From contig NC_068992.1 of assembly GCF_001194135.2 (NCBI RefSeq), forward strand, positions 29,591,141-29,655,140: a stretch of DNA of 64,000 nucleotides. The letters are read 5' to 3'. Both the position numbers and the translations under genes were made by a program. The notes beneath the pieces are model-generated. The model worked only from the letters and a program-made list of their open reading frames with translations. It searched no databases and was not told where the DNA came from. Positions 35,740-50,399 of this stretch are shown here, piece by piece (positions within the stretch are counted from its first letter, which is position 1; each line of letters begins with the position of its first letter). The stretch is from Octopus bimaculoides. Its lineage: Eukaryota.

Positions 35740-37190
35740 ATTCAATAGGTGTAGAGAAAAATTACATCTAGACTAAAAGTATGCCAGCTCTGCTTGCACT
35801 TAATTAGATGAAGTCTTTGTATAAACTCATCCGAACTTTCTCCATTAGCAGGAAAAGACCGTTGGACAATATCCCAAAATGTATTTACAGTACCAGAGCT
35901 GATCCCACCATTTGGGATACTTGATCGTTTTGTAGAGGAAATCCACTCCATAGGTATCAAAACCCGCAAAATCCTGACGACAACTGGGAACTATCACAGA
36001 AACAGTAATGTTGACACGCTTTACCTAAGACGGAATGAAGGTGGTAGAGGCCTGAGATAAGTGCTGACGGCCTTCGAATACTGTACGGTACCACTCAAAC
36101 AGAATTTGCTGAACAACAGCAGTGAAAATAAATATATAAATGCAGCGCTGAAAAGTGAAGTGAGCAACATTGTACCAGTTGGCAGTGAGCTCTTCAAGAA
36201 GCACTCTCTTCCTGTTGATCCCCAATACAGCCCCAAAACAGCTGGGCTCTCTTACCTCAGAGAAGACGTGGATGGAAAGCACTCAACATACGAAAAAAAA
36301 AAAACTATGCATGGGTATGTTTCCCGGAAACCTGAAGAGAAGAGTAGAATAGACGCGATGCGCAGCTTCTCTTGGACACAAGACCACTACATCACATCAC
36401 ACTTTGAAGGCTATGCGTTTATATTCCAGGAACAGGAAATTGCCACAAAGTACCTGTTGAGCAAGAGATACAGTGACACTCTTGCAATCTCAAGGTGCAA
36501 CCACATATGTAGGCTATGTCAAGTTTCTGTGGGAGACATCATGCAGGTAATTAGCAGCTGTCCTAAAATGTTGTCAAGGTACTACCTCCATATGCGGCAC
36601 GATGTTGTCGCTAAAACAATTTATAATTCCATCCGCAATAAAGACTCCTGAAATAAACTTCGAAAACCCCTCTGCTATGAAATAGATTCATAAGCACGAA
36701 CTCAAGGAATACTGGTGTAATATTCTCATCAAAACTTCTGTCAAATGTACACATAACAGGCCAGTTATTGTTTGGGATATAGGGGCAAATGTATGTACCG
36801 TCATAGAGGTCAGCTGCCCTACAGATATATATATATATATATATATCTTTGAAAATCAAAGTAAAAGAGGATATTTATAGACAACTGCTTCGAAAACTCC
36901 AGCTTCTATATCCGGACTATGAATTCTTGTTAATAACAATAATAATTGGAACACTAGGTTTAGTTAGTAAACGCTTAAAGGAGAATCCGGATAAAATGCG
37001 ATTTTCAGAAAGAGAAATAGACCGGCTAATTCGTACATTACAACTGCAATCTGTGAGTGGAACAGCAAAAATATGCAAGATTTTCTCAAGTTCCAAATAT
37101 GAATTTTTCTTTATTAACTACATCCCAATGATGGAACCTTGTATCTTTGTTGGAAACCGGCTCCATCCTAAGTGGAAGATTTATAATAGT
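35740..37190 (+). mobile_element. R4/Dong-like non-LTR retrotransposon with restriction-like endonuclease, 5'-truncated, inactivated
   Basis: Post-RT region …IKTRKILTTTGNYHRNSNVDTLYLRRNEGGRGL, degenerate zinc knuckle CRLC…ISSC followed by RHD (ORF 36061-36651), RLE motif HNRPVIVWD…IEVSCP, and C-terminal KEDIY…IIIGTLG (ORF 36849-37193). Contains stops and frameshifts. Confidence 0.88.
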
Positions 37191-37284
37191 TAGAAAATAG
37201 AAGAGACATACATATATGCACATAGATATGTGGACAGCAGGTACATTTCATTGTGTATCTATCTACCCCTCACTGTGTCCGTCC

Positions 37285-37317
<33 letters not shown>

Positions 37318-37364
37318 TCTGTCTATCTATCTATCTGTCTATTTAGACGGTTATAGACATATGT

Positions 37365-37505
37365 TCAACTTTCGCCGAGGTCAGCTTTTCATTTCATCTT
37401 TTCGCGGTCGATGACGTTAGTACCAGTGAATCACTGGGTTGATATAACTGAGTACTCCTACTCTAAACTTTCTGGCCTTGTACCGAGAGTAGAAAGGATC
37501 AATTA
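37365..37505 (+). mobile_element. SINE family B, partial
   Basis: ttcaactttcgccgaggtcagcttttcatttcatc…gtcgat…tagtaccagtgaatcactggg…ggccttgtacc…gtagaaagga. Confidence 0.7.
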
Positions 37506-38779
37506 AGAGATGTATATTATTCGGTTAACCAACCTGGAGCTGAATTCTTAATCTATAATGCATCTCATAAGGAGAATAACGTGTGCTATTCATTGGATCA
37601 ATCTGGAGCTAAATTCTTAATCTATAATGCTTCTCACAAGACGTACTCATTGTATCTATAACAATTTCACAGTGATAGAAATTTTCCTAGAGGTATATCA
37701 TTTCCGGTTCATAAAGAATTAAAAATATCTGACGATCAGTTCAAGACATACAGCTGAAGAACTAGTAGTACAAGCAAGGAACACGGAATTAGTGTCTGTC
37801 TGGTGCAATTTCTGCCATTGACTGCTTGGTGGATGTCAATTATCATACATTATTATTATTTTAGGAAATAGCCTAATGTTACAATATCTTATTTCTCTAC
37901 AACCGTAGTGAAATAAGTTTTCTATGCGAAATCAAAGAAAACATAAGAACATTATGGTGTAAATTTTTAATGCTTTTTTTGTAAGTGCAATCTCAACTTT
38001 TAGAACGAAATGTGATTGTGTTAACAGGATCTGTACTGTATATAACTGGTACTTCTTTCAGCATTTAAGAGCATAAATATGTTATAGCTGTTTAGGTTTC
38101 TATAAAACATTAGGCCCAGTGTAAAAAAAAAACAAAAAAACAAAAACAAAAAAAAATGAATAATAAACACACGAGAACAGTAGTCTTTGACATTCAGATT
38201 AATGTAACTCATTTAATACGTGGGATGACAAGCTGTCAGTTTTAGTTTATGTATGGAGGTATAAATGTGTATATATATATATATATATATATGCATGTGT
38301 GTGTTTACGTGTATATGTACCTCTGTGTGTATATATACATATCTGTCTCGACACACATACACATACACAAACACAAACTAACACGCATAAGTATATAAAT
38401 GTTTCTCACTGCATTGATATCTTATCAATATAAACTTGATTTGTCGATTTTCTCTTTTCAGAAAATGATCATAATTTATCAAATATTTCTCTATACTCAT
38501 TTGAGGGTTCTATTGAATAATAAAAGAAAATGAACGAAATAAATTTGAAAATTCATAATTGCAATTCAATTCTCACAAGAAATCTATTCTTTGCCTATAC
38601 GTATAACCTCGTACACTCACACGGACATATGCAGACATCTATTAAGAGAAATTTTCTTTAACTTTCACTACGTATAACTCATTCTCTTACACAATAAACA
38701 TAAGTGTTTGAACATATGTTTTTTATGGTTTTACGTACATACATATATACACACACATACATACATATATGTATATTTA

Positions 38780-38846
<67 letters not shown>

Positions 38847-40199
38847 ATATATGTATATATATAAACATATGTATATACATATATATGTGTGTGTGTATGT
38901 ATAGATATATATGTAGATATATGCGTTCAGATATACATACATTATGTGTCGTATACTCGTGTCCGTTATATGATAATGTAGTCTTGTTTATATAGGAAAC
39001 ACTGATTTTAAAATATTGCTACTATCGTTAGTATAGTGTTCAGCTATCGATACTTATGAAATATTCATCTACATAATAACGATATCTTACTCAGCTGGTT
39101 CAATACTATTGAAGTGTCTGTGATGTTTAAGCTACTTCGTATTTTATTTCTTGTTTAATATCTCATATCTAATAAATCTTGAAAATCATAGAAAAAACAT
39201 TGAAAAGAATCTTTCAAATTGTAATATATTTTCAAAAAGTATAAATCAAAATAAAAAAAACAAAATTAAAACGAGCAAAAAAATGTCTTTTTCTGAAATA
39301 ATCTGATTAACCCATAATAAGTATATAATTAATTGTAACTGTGTGTGTGAGTAATGAGAGATAGATATAGGTGAGGGATAAAAACTCTGAAGTAAGATGT
39401 CCTGAAAAAAGGGACTAGCAAGCGATAAGAGAGGAGTGTGTATGTATCAAAAGTTTGAATCATAATGTCGTATCACTGAACTGTTACTCTGAATTTCTTG
39501 AGAAAAGACATCATATGATGAATTAACCATACTCTTTATGAATACGCAGATCACCTTTTGTAACTTCTCATATATATCTGAATGTTCAAAGTAGAAATTG
39601 GCTTATATTTTGTTAACAATGGACGAAATTTCAGGGTGGTTCTATTATGCTCGAATTTGTATGTATTTTAATTTGTTTGAGGACCATGCAGTTTTAATGA
39701 GATGTCTGTGTATAAATATGAAAATTTAAGCTGTCAACTCCAGCACAGTTGCCCTAAGTGTATTGAAGGCTTTCACTTACCCTAGGAACACCCATAGAAA
39801 AAGCGTAAAACTTCCTATTTTCATGAAAAAAATATCATAGAACTGCGCAAATGTATGAAACAAAATGTTCTTTAAAAATATATAAATCAATATAGGTGCG
39901 TATATGTGTGCGCGCTTGTGTGTTTGTGTGTGTGTGGGGTGGGAGGGGGTGATTGTACGTGAATATGATTACGATTATGTATTCTTGTACAAACCGATTT
40001 GAGGGTTTGTATTGAAATAATGTCAAAAAGGTTACTTAGCCAAGCGATGAAGAGAAAGAAGTAAAATAAGTACTGAGGTCAATATGATTTGCTTAAAAAT
40101 GCTGAGGCCTCTACAGTAGTATATTTCCTGAGAGTGTCTGAGTGAAACTGAAAAAATATCAAAATATTTTATATGGACGTTGGTCAGAATTTCCGATGA

Positions 40200-40555
40200 T
40201 GAGTTTACACTTGATTGGCCACTCTACTTCCTGGCTTATTCAATTACTTTTGTTTTATCATAAAATACTCGACAGACACGTGTAACCTTAACATAGTCTC
40301 CAGCTGGAATCACTTTGGCTCAGAGTAACAGAACTTTCACGCCCTACTTCCCCTTGTAATTTTTAGTTCCGAATAAATTCCATCGTAAGATCAGAAGGTC
40401 TTTCTCACAGGTTCTGTGTATTCAATTTCACTCAAAAATTATGGATCGACGCGAGGTTATACAAAAAAAAAAAAAAATGTCTGAGAATCCACAATTGGGC
40501 ATCGAACCCGAATAGTTGTGATTCAGAGGTAACTTGTTAGTCATTTGGTCATACT
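40200..40555 (-). mobile_element. Old SINE related to family C
   Basis: Retains acagacacgtgtaaccttaacatagt (family C: acagacacgtgtacccttaacgtagt) and a degenerate tRNA head (gggcatcgaaccc) near 40497-40555. Confidence 0.5.
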
Positions 40556-40981
40556 GAGTCATCGCACACATGCAAACTCATAACCACATATGAAAGTTCT
40601 ACGACAGTAATTCAGAATATGCTCTGTTTTATAGAAATACTTCTCAGTTATTTTAGGTATGAAACACAGTACTTTACGCATCCAGGTGAACTTAGTTAGA
40701 AAATAAGTTCCGAGAGTCGATCGATGGACTGTCACTTGCAGTCTCTTGTCCATATGAGCCTAACAAAATTCTATGCAAAGACTAATGTCTTGTGTTTTGA
40801 GTATTATATCTTTTTTTTTATCAATAATTGCGCTTTTCAATACCGATGTATTCTGATAGGCACATACGCAGACACACTCATGTAAACACGCCCATACATA
40901 TGCATATGCAAGTATAAGTATATACGTGCATATGTGAACAGCATCAGCAAAATGATATATTTAGACACTTGCGAATTATTA

Positions 40982-41176
40982 TTTTCTACTCTAGGCTAAA
41001 GGCCTGAAATTTTGCGGGAAGGAGCCAGTCGATTAGATTGACCCAGTACGCAACTGGCTTTTAATTTATTGAAAGGATAAAGGCAAAGTCTACCCCATCG
41101 GAATTCGAACTCGGAACGTAGCAGCAGATGAGAAAGACTGCTAAGTATTTCGTCCGGCGTGCCAGCTCACCGCCTT
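40982..41176 (-). mobile_element. SINE family B with 17-bp TSD
   Basis: TSD ACACTTGYGAATTATTA at 40965-40981 and 41177-41193. Head ends gccagctcaccgcctt. Confidence 0.9.
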
Positions 41177-42489
41177 ACACTTGTGAATTATTACTAAAAC
41201 TATGACAGTCTCATGGAATCGAAGATGACTTGGCAGCATGCATTAAGATTTCATTGAATCTTTACGTGCTTAGGCAATGGAAAGAGGTGAGAGGGTGAAA
41301 GTGACAGGGAGAAAGAACGTGAGAGGGAGAGACAAGAAAGAAAAGAGTTGGGAGAGAGATCCTCTTGAACGTGTTTCACTTGACTCAGAGGAACCTTATG
41401 AATAAAGGTAACAGCAATAAACTAACACATACACATACACACACACGTGTGCATGTATGTATGTATGTATATATGTATGTATGTGCATGTGTGTGTCTGC
41501 ATGTGTACGAATGTGCATATATGTGCATGAGAGAGAGAGAGACGGATGAAGATGCAGTGTATGTACATAACTGAATATTTTTTGCTGATATATATCTACG
41601 AAGGATAAATTATTATCCAAGAAGCTCAGAAAAGACTCCAAGTTTTGCGAATGAATTCGTTTGAGGTATCTGCTTTGTCTCGACTTGAATACCTCTATAC
41701 ACGATACTGTCGTCGTCCAAGGATTCGCTCATTCGAAATCTACATTGAGGATGTTGTTCAAAGTTTAGACATAGAAAATAAATCTATTTTTCTGCTATTT
41801 ATTCTAACTGTGCTACATTTATCTTCACAAGATATTTGGTTAGTGATTTACAGCAGCAAGACAGGTTACGCTCCATGTATAAATATTAAACATTATATAC
41901 TATATATTCTAATGTCCAAGTAGCAAACCGACCAGTAACCCGGTAATCAATAGATCCGGCTCTTTTCTATCTCAAATTGGTATATAATCAATTCATATAA
42001 ATTTATCCGTATCAATTTCATTATATATTGCTTCCTCTCAAAGAAATGAATTGGTGTATAGCCGATTCATATAAATTAACCATATCTGTGATATTTTCAG
42101 CTATACAGTTTAAAAGAGAGGCTACACCTGACAGTTACAAATTTAAAAATAACTATGACCGGTGTCTGCATCCATTCTTCCATAAAGCACTAAATATTTT
42201 AGTTAATATTTATAATATAAAGTAAGAACTATTGAATGTAAACTATGTGAAATGCTTCAGAACTTTTGTTGTTTTTGTTTTGCGCTATCAAATACAACAT
42301 CACAGGTGGATTGAATTACCAAGTACATGAGAGTGAGGAAATATTTCTACAGCATTTGGTTTTTTCGTATAGGACAAAGTATGTTCTGTGTATGAAGTGT
42401 CAGATGAAGCTAGGCCTCAATCTTAGTATGCTAACAACTTATCACAAAATTATTGATTGAAAGGAAAGAAACTACATGGGATATGACAG

Positions 42490-42640
42490 TGGCTATGTAC
42501 TTGGGAAGTTCGCTTCCCAACCATGCAGCTTCGCGTTGTTCCTCTGCAGGGCACCTTAGTCAGGCATCTTGCACAATAATTCAGATGACCAATGACTTAT
42601 AATTGAATTGGGCAGAGGAATCGGTGCATGTTTGTGTGTG
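42490..42640 (+). mobile_element. Degenerate SINE family A head
   Basis: gtggctatgt…ttcgcttcccaaccatgc…gcacctt…gcatcttg resembles the family A head. Confidence 0.5.
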
Positions 42641-42944
42641 ATTCATTAAATATAAGACTGCACGCAAGTTCTATCTTTTTTTTTTGTATCATATTCTGGC
42701 ATTTTCTTATTGCAGATTCCCGTGACAAACTGTTTGGAATTGTATATTTCTACGGAGAACAGCTGCTTTACTAGACATTTTTTCTTCATAGTTAAGCTCT
42801 AAAATGGCTGTAATCCAATAACTAAGAAAGGTGAAATTGAAGTAGATAGTATTTTTGGTGGGTACTTGTTGCTTAATAGATTGTAACTGAGCTTGATCAG
42901 TTTTCTTCGTAGTGGGTATCACGATCGCTGCTTATTTATATTCC

Positions 42945-43672
<728 letters not shown>

Positions 43673-44460
43673 ATTATAATGTGTCATCTCTTCTTGAAAT
43701 GCTAGACTCAGCGCGTCACATATTTTACTATTAGTAGTTCACTCCGTCGGAAACATTTGAGCAAGCTGTCTGATCTGGGGGTAACTGTTCTCCTTCCTGC
43801 CAACTTTCCCTTTAAAAAGAGTATTAATGCTACACCTCCATATTTGACTATATCATAAAAAATTGTAGATTGTAGTAAGAGGCTGATTTGTTTCTATTAC
43901 GAGCGGGTCGAATGATAACGTAGAGTCTTTCTTCTGAGTCATAAAAGCTACTACAGTATCTACAGGTGTCAATGTCGAGCGACTACTAAATGCTTGTAAT
44001 AAATTATAACATATTGATTTTCCTTGCTACTACTACTGATCGTTTACAGAAAGTCTCAGAAATGAATATCTGAAAAAGCAAGTGAAAGTAACAACGTCAT
44101 AACTCTTTGGTTCTAGAAATATATGCTGTGTCTCAAAAAATAGGTAATATCTATGCTGTCAATTCATATATTATTATTTTCCATTGATTCGTATTTCCTG
44201 TACAAATTTTTCTTCGAAGATTCATGTATGGATGTTTCCATATTCGCTTTCATGTGGTCTTGTCATCAGAATCTATTACATGCCGAAAGATGTAGGCATT
44301 TTCCTTTCAAAGATTTATACATGATTTCTTATAAAATGATCTTGAATGAACATCTATCTATCCATCTATCTATACACACAAAGGCCCACACACTCGCACA
44401 AACAGGCACACACACATACCCCACCCAGTATATAAACAGACACACTGAGATCACACACAC

Positions 44461-44520
<60 letters not shown>

Positions 44521-45740
44521 GTATCGTTGTCATTATGTTAAACTGTCGTATATCCAAATTTGGCTAATTAGTTACGAGGGAAACAATATCTTTTTTGGGT
44601 TGCAATAGCCAGTTCTTTTGCTCAAACTATCGCATCTCCAGCTGCTTCAGATGCCAAAATACCAAAAATTGTCAAAATGTAGCACAACGGTTTTGCTATG
44701 AAAATTTTGTTTCGTTTCCTGAAAAAGCAGCGCTTTTCGTCTAACGACACTTTTACATAATAGCAACGACACACAGACACAGACACAGATACACATACAT
44801 GCACACATGCACGCAAACACACACACACAAACACACTCACACACACACATATATATCTATGTATGCATATATATATGTATGTAGGGAAAGAGAGGGAGAG
44901 AGTGAAAAGGATGGAGAGATAGATAGATAGATAGATAGATAGATACCTAATTCTCCCCCTTGTGGGTTTTCCAATATCCTGCAGCCGAAATCTTTACCGT
45001 GTTCTTGGCATGGTAGGCTACGTGATTGTCCAAAATACAACCCCAGCTTCCAAGTCGAAGTGGTGGCTGACTCTCTCTCTTGCGGACCTCTACTGATGTG
45101 GGTGCTGTACCGTACCGTTTGTTATTGCAGCCAAGCTTAATATCCGTACCATCAAGCATCAGTAGGCGATCAACTAGGAAGAGATTTGCGAGGCAGCCTC
45201 ATCAACGACCATATCTCGTTGCACTATTGCAAACCGATTGGTATTTGAAGAGGAGGCTCAGTGAAGCAGTCTAGTGGAGGACGAACCTAACTGCCTAACT
45301 CATCGTTCTGTTTACAACAGCGTCGACCTACACCCGACAGCCGACAACGATATTTAATTCTTACGAGGGAAACTTTGCAGTGGAGCAAAGAAGGTATATC
45401 ATTCCTAATTCAAACGATCTGCTCTATCACACACTATCTCATACTAATTCTGCCTGAGAGTAATGTTATGGGCAAAATACACTGCGGAATATTCAGCCAC
45501 ATACTCTATAATTGCAAGCGTTGGAATATATCTTGGACGAACTACTACGATGCATTTTGTCTTAAGAGACAGTGGCTCCATTTATATTCAATGTATATGA
45601 ATCTTGAATACACAATGGAAAAAGCCAATACGAAATTAATGACTCGATGACTGCTTCGTATTTACCAATTAAAATATTCTAGTCATTGCAGGTGTCTATG
45701 TGATATAGACTTCAAAATATATCTCTATATTTCTATTGTC

Positions 45741-45791
<51 letters not shown>

Positions 45792-45828
45792 GCCTCTCTC
45801 TCTCTATCTCTCTATCTCTCTATCTATG

Positions 45829-45882
<54 letters not shown>

Positions 45883-45918
45883 CCTCGTATTTCGCTTTCA
45901 TTCTTCTACGTTCTATAC

Positions 45919-45965
<47 letters not shown>

Positions 45966-46298
45966 ATATTTGTCTATATATGTCAGTATCTATCTAAGCA
46001 GACTCACACATACAACCACGCACACACAGATGTGCATGTACACGAACACACACACATATGTAATTAAATGTCTACACACCCAAACATATATTTCTGCTAA
46101 GAAAAAATATTCGGAATCTCAGTAAATGTGGAATATTTGTTCACCAAATAACGCACCAAAAGTTTTACATGAGAATATATTTTGAGTGAATGCTGTCTGC
46201 CCATTAGAAAGGAGCACAACTATTAGAGGGAGATTGAAATGCTAGAATATCATTCTTGATATCCACCTACTTCTATTATATATATATAAACATGCCTT

Positions 46299-46399
<101 letters not shown>

Positions 46400-47304
46400 A
46401 GACACACAGACACACACACACATACGCACACACACATACGCACACACACACACGTACGCATACACACACATACATAAGAGTATTAAAGCATGTTTGTTTG
46501 GTAAGAAGATTACAGCTCATTAACATGTTTCAGGGTTCGGTTGCATCTTGGGTAAATGTAATCTACAATAGTTCCGATCAGTCCAAAGATTGTAAGTAGA
46601 TTTTCGAGAGTGAAATTGAAAGTGTGTATATGTTTACTTGTCCCTAAACTACTTGCAAACTCATGTTAGTGTGTTTATCTTCCCATAACTTACATGTGCA
46701 ACAAAACTACCAGGTGTACAAATCAGTAAGTGGAGTAGCAGTTTGTTCCACTAAGCCCTTTGAGGCAGTCCCCTACAATGCCCGTAGTCCAGTGGCTGAA
46801 ACTGGTGAAAAATGCATTTTCAGATGTATTTATTTTCCTATATGTATAATTACTTTCTGGGTTAACAAGGCTACCGTCGCTTTCATGCAGAAATCCTCAG
46901 CAGTTATCAAACCTGCTATATTGGGAAGATAGTACTCGTCTTTATCTTGGATGAGAGTACAATATTTCTATTTCTATGTTTATATATTAAAATTAAAATT
47001 TATATTTATAAATTTGAATGTGGTAAGAACTAATGTAAGGAAGATAACAGCTATAAGTTATCCTTGATCTGTATATTTATATCTTTATTCTAATATCTCG
47101 CACTGTCCCGTGTAGCTTCGTTGAATTCTCATTCAAGATGCAGACGAGTACCAACGTCCAAATGTGGAAGACTTGATAATTGCTGAGAATTCGCAGGATC
47201 AATACATTGGTAGCCTTTTTACCACGCAACTAAAAGAATATTTATCTACCAATGCGTGTTGAGCACTCAATCTCACTGTTCGATATTTGTGTTTTATATA
47301 TATA

Positions 47305-47760
47305 CTAGCAGTATAACCCGACCTTGTCCGGGTGTGACTTATTATGCCATCTACGACAAGTCTTGTTAGCTGAAAATCAACTACAAAAGAAAGCCTTACA
47401 ATGAAAAAACCCTTATGATGTAAATATGTTCAAAATTCAAAAGACGATGAAATTAATAGGGAAAGTCTGAAGGCTATTTTGCGTAAAATTATTAAGCATA
47501 CGTAAATTTCATCCGTGTAATTGACTATAGAAATGCTTGTGCAAAACAACGTTTTGCGCTGCCCTGATTATACATAGTAGGGTAATCCCTTTTCACAGGA
47601 GCTAGGATGGCAATTTGTGATGAAGCAATTGCTGGCGATCTGTTGCTAAACAGTTTTGCCAGAATTCTATCAGATTGGGCAGAAGGTGTTGATGCACCAT
47701 TTTGCATTATGTTCAAAGTAGCTACTGGAATGTGGTGAATTGCTGCAGTCTGTGGCTGTC
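47305..47760 (-). mobile_element. Helitron-like 3' terminus and adjacent body
   Basis: Minus strand reads …CCCGGACAAGGTCGGG-TTATACTG-CTAG|T: GC hairpin at 47317-47332, 8 nt before CTAG (47305-47308), followed by T. The upstream extent is uncertain and runs toward an N gap. Confidence 0.65.
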
Positions 47761-47832
47761 ATTTTAAACCGGTTGAGTTATATTTTACTGAATGATTGTG
47801 TACTTGCACGTGTATGCTTTTGAGAGAGCGAG

Positions 47833-48368
47833 NNNNNNNNNNNNNNNNNNNNNNNNNNNNNNNNNNNNNNNNNNNNNNNNNNNNNNNNNNNNNNNNNNNN
47901 NNNNNNNNNNNNNNNNNNNNNNNNNNNNNNNNNNNNNNNNNNNNNNNNNNNNNNNNNNNNNNNNNNNNNNNNNNNNNNNNNNNNNNNNNNNNNNNNNNNN
48001 NNNNNNNNNNNNNNNNNNNNNNNNNNNNNNNNNNNNNNNNNNNNNNNNNNNNNNNNNNNNNNNNNNNNNNNNNNNNNNNNNNNNNNNNNNNNNNNNNNNN
48101 NNNNNNNNNNNNNNNNNNNNNNNNNNNNNNNNNNNNNNNNNNNNNNNNNNNNNNNNNNNNNNNNNNNNNNNNNNNNNNNNNNNNNNNNNNNNNNNNNNNN
48201 NNNNNNNNNNNNNNNNNNNNNNNNNNNNNNNNNNNNNNNNNNNNNNNNNNNNNNNNNNNNNNNNNNNNNNNNNNNNNNNNNNNNNNNNNNNNNNNNNNNN
48301 NNNNNNNNNNNNNNNNNNNNNNNNNNNNNNNNNNNNNNNNNNNNNNNNNNNNNNNNNNNNNNNNNNNN
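47833..48368. other. Largest assembly gap. Other gaps: 3030-3083, 4619-4678, 28334-28343, 49076-49186, 51691-51866, 60988-61040, 62088-62097
   Basis: N runs, almost all flanked by dinucleotide repeats. Confidence 1.
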
Positions 48369-50399
48369 GAGAGAGCGAGAGAGGAAGAGGGGAGAAATGA
48401 ATAGAGATTGAGAGCAATGTGTATGTTGTTGTCACAAGTCATGTATGTGTGTTTTTACGTATCTATGTTATGAAAAATAGGTAAAGAATACTGAGATGAA
48501 AGTTTAATCTATGACGTTGTATGTATCACTTTCTCTCTCTCTCCCTCTCCCTCTTTTACTCTTACTCTCTATATTTTTATGTTGAGCGCGTGTGTAAGAA
48601 TGGCGTTCCAGGTAGAAGGGATAAAATATAAAAGTTGCTAGAAACAACAGCCAAATCTCCCTTAAATCACACAAAGTAAACGGAATTTTAAAAATCTAAT
48701 TACTGGACTGAAAATTTCACATCGAGAAAATTCCATTGATGTAAAAATGTTTACGAAAAAGGGGAAAATGTGGATTTCTATGAACTTTCAAAAAAGCTTC
48801 ACACAGACACACAACTTCAGATTTATATATTAAGATATATTGTATGTATGTATGTATGTATGTATGTATGTATTTTAATAAGCTGTACGGTTCGTTAGCA
48901 TCTGAGTATTTTCATTTTACGGACGCCGAGAAAAGATAGTGTTTCACATACATTTAAACGTATCATATGCATACATATCTCCATATATTTGAATATATAC
49001 GAAAACATGAATACATATTTACATACTTAGAAATAAATGCCTATATACATTTATATATATATATATATATATATANNNNNNNNNNNNNNNNNNNNNNNNN
49101 NNNNNNNNNNNNNNNNNNNNNNNNNNNNNNNNNNNNNNNNNNNNNNNNNNNNNNNNNNNNNNNNNNNNNNNNNNNNNNNNNNNNNNGTGTGTGTGTGTGT
49201 GTGTGCGTGTGTGTGTCGTGTGAATACTTAACATAGTATTCATAGAAAGATACGGCTATGTATATAAGTATATGTGTGTGTGTTTGCGTCTGCGTCTGTC
49301 TGAATGTATGTGTGTGTATGCGAAATATAATGTGACAAGACGCTGTAAGTGAGAGATGTAGAAAGAATGGAGGGAATAGAGCGATAGAGAAAGAGAGGGG
49401 AAGTGAGAGAAATAGACAGAGTCTAGCGGTGTCTCGAACAGAATGAGAGACAAAAGATGAGTGACCAGCATCATTACTGGATAACTGTGTAACAGAAAAG
49501 TGCTCAACACCGGTTGAATGTTTTTTGCATCTTGAACAGTCCACGTGCGAATATCATTGCTGCAGTGGCTGAACTCCAGTGCGGATTAAGAAAAAAATAA
49601 TCATATTTTATATAAATGCACTCATTTGTTTGATAAAGCTATGTTTTATTTCGAAAATTACATTAGGTTAAACGTTCTGTATTCTTTGTGTAACACACTC
49701 ACACACACACGCACACACACGCGCACACACGCGTGTGCACGTGTGTATGTGTGTGTTTGTATGTGTGTAGACGTACCTATTTGCGTAGTGTGTAAGTTCG
49801 CTTATTTATGTATTTCCTATATTTCACACTGGGATTGTATCCAACATCTATCTATACATCTCTTCATATGTCATATCCATGTGGTATTGCATTCGTCTAA
49901 CCATCATAAATCTTGTTACATTATCCATATTTGTACATAATATCGCCTAATCTACAGATGAAGTCGATACACACTAATTTCCCGGATATTCAAATGTAAA
50001 CATCATTAGACAATTATTATGTTTTCATACACAGCACAGTTTCTTTAAATTAAACCAACCCATTGTTAAACGTAGGCTGATTTTGTCATTGATATCTAAA
50101 TAATGTTTAGGAAAATTATATTTGTTATAAACATATTTATGGCTATGTGCGCTTGTGTGTATAATTATAGCGTATGTATTTAAAGCAATCAATTTAAAAC
50201 ACACATACAATATACAATTATAGATCTACAATTATGTATACACAAGGACTTGAATATTTGTATCTATATCTATGAATCTATCTATATTGGTATAAAATAC
50301 ATACACAAATGCATATACATACATAATACATACTTACATACATACATATACACACACACACACACGCACGCAAAGAGACAAACGCGCACACATAAACAT

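Noticed and set aside
39781-39814. Minus-strand 34-bp micro-exon (KFYAFSMGVPR) before a GTAAGT donor
   Set aside because: Weak acceptor, unrecognised peptide, no partner exons.
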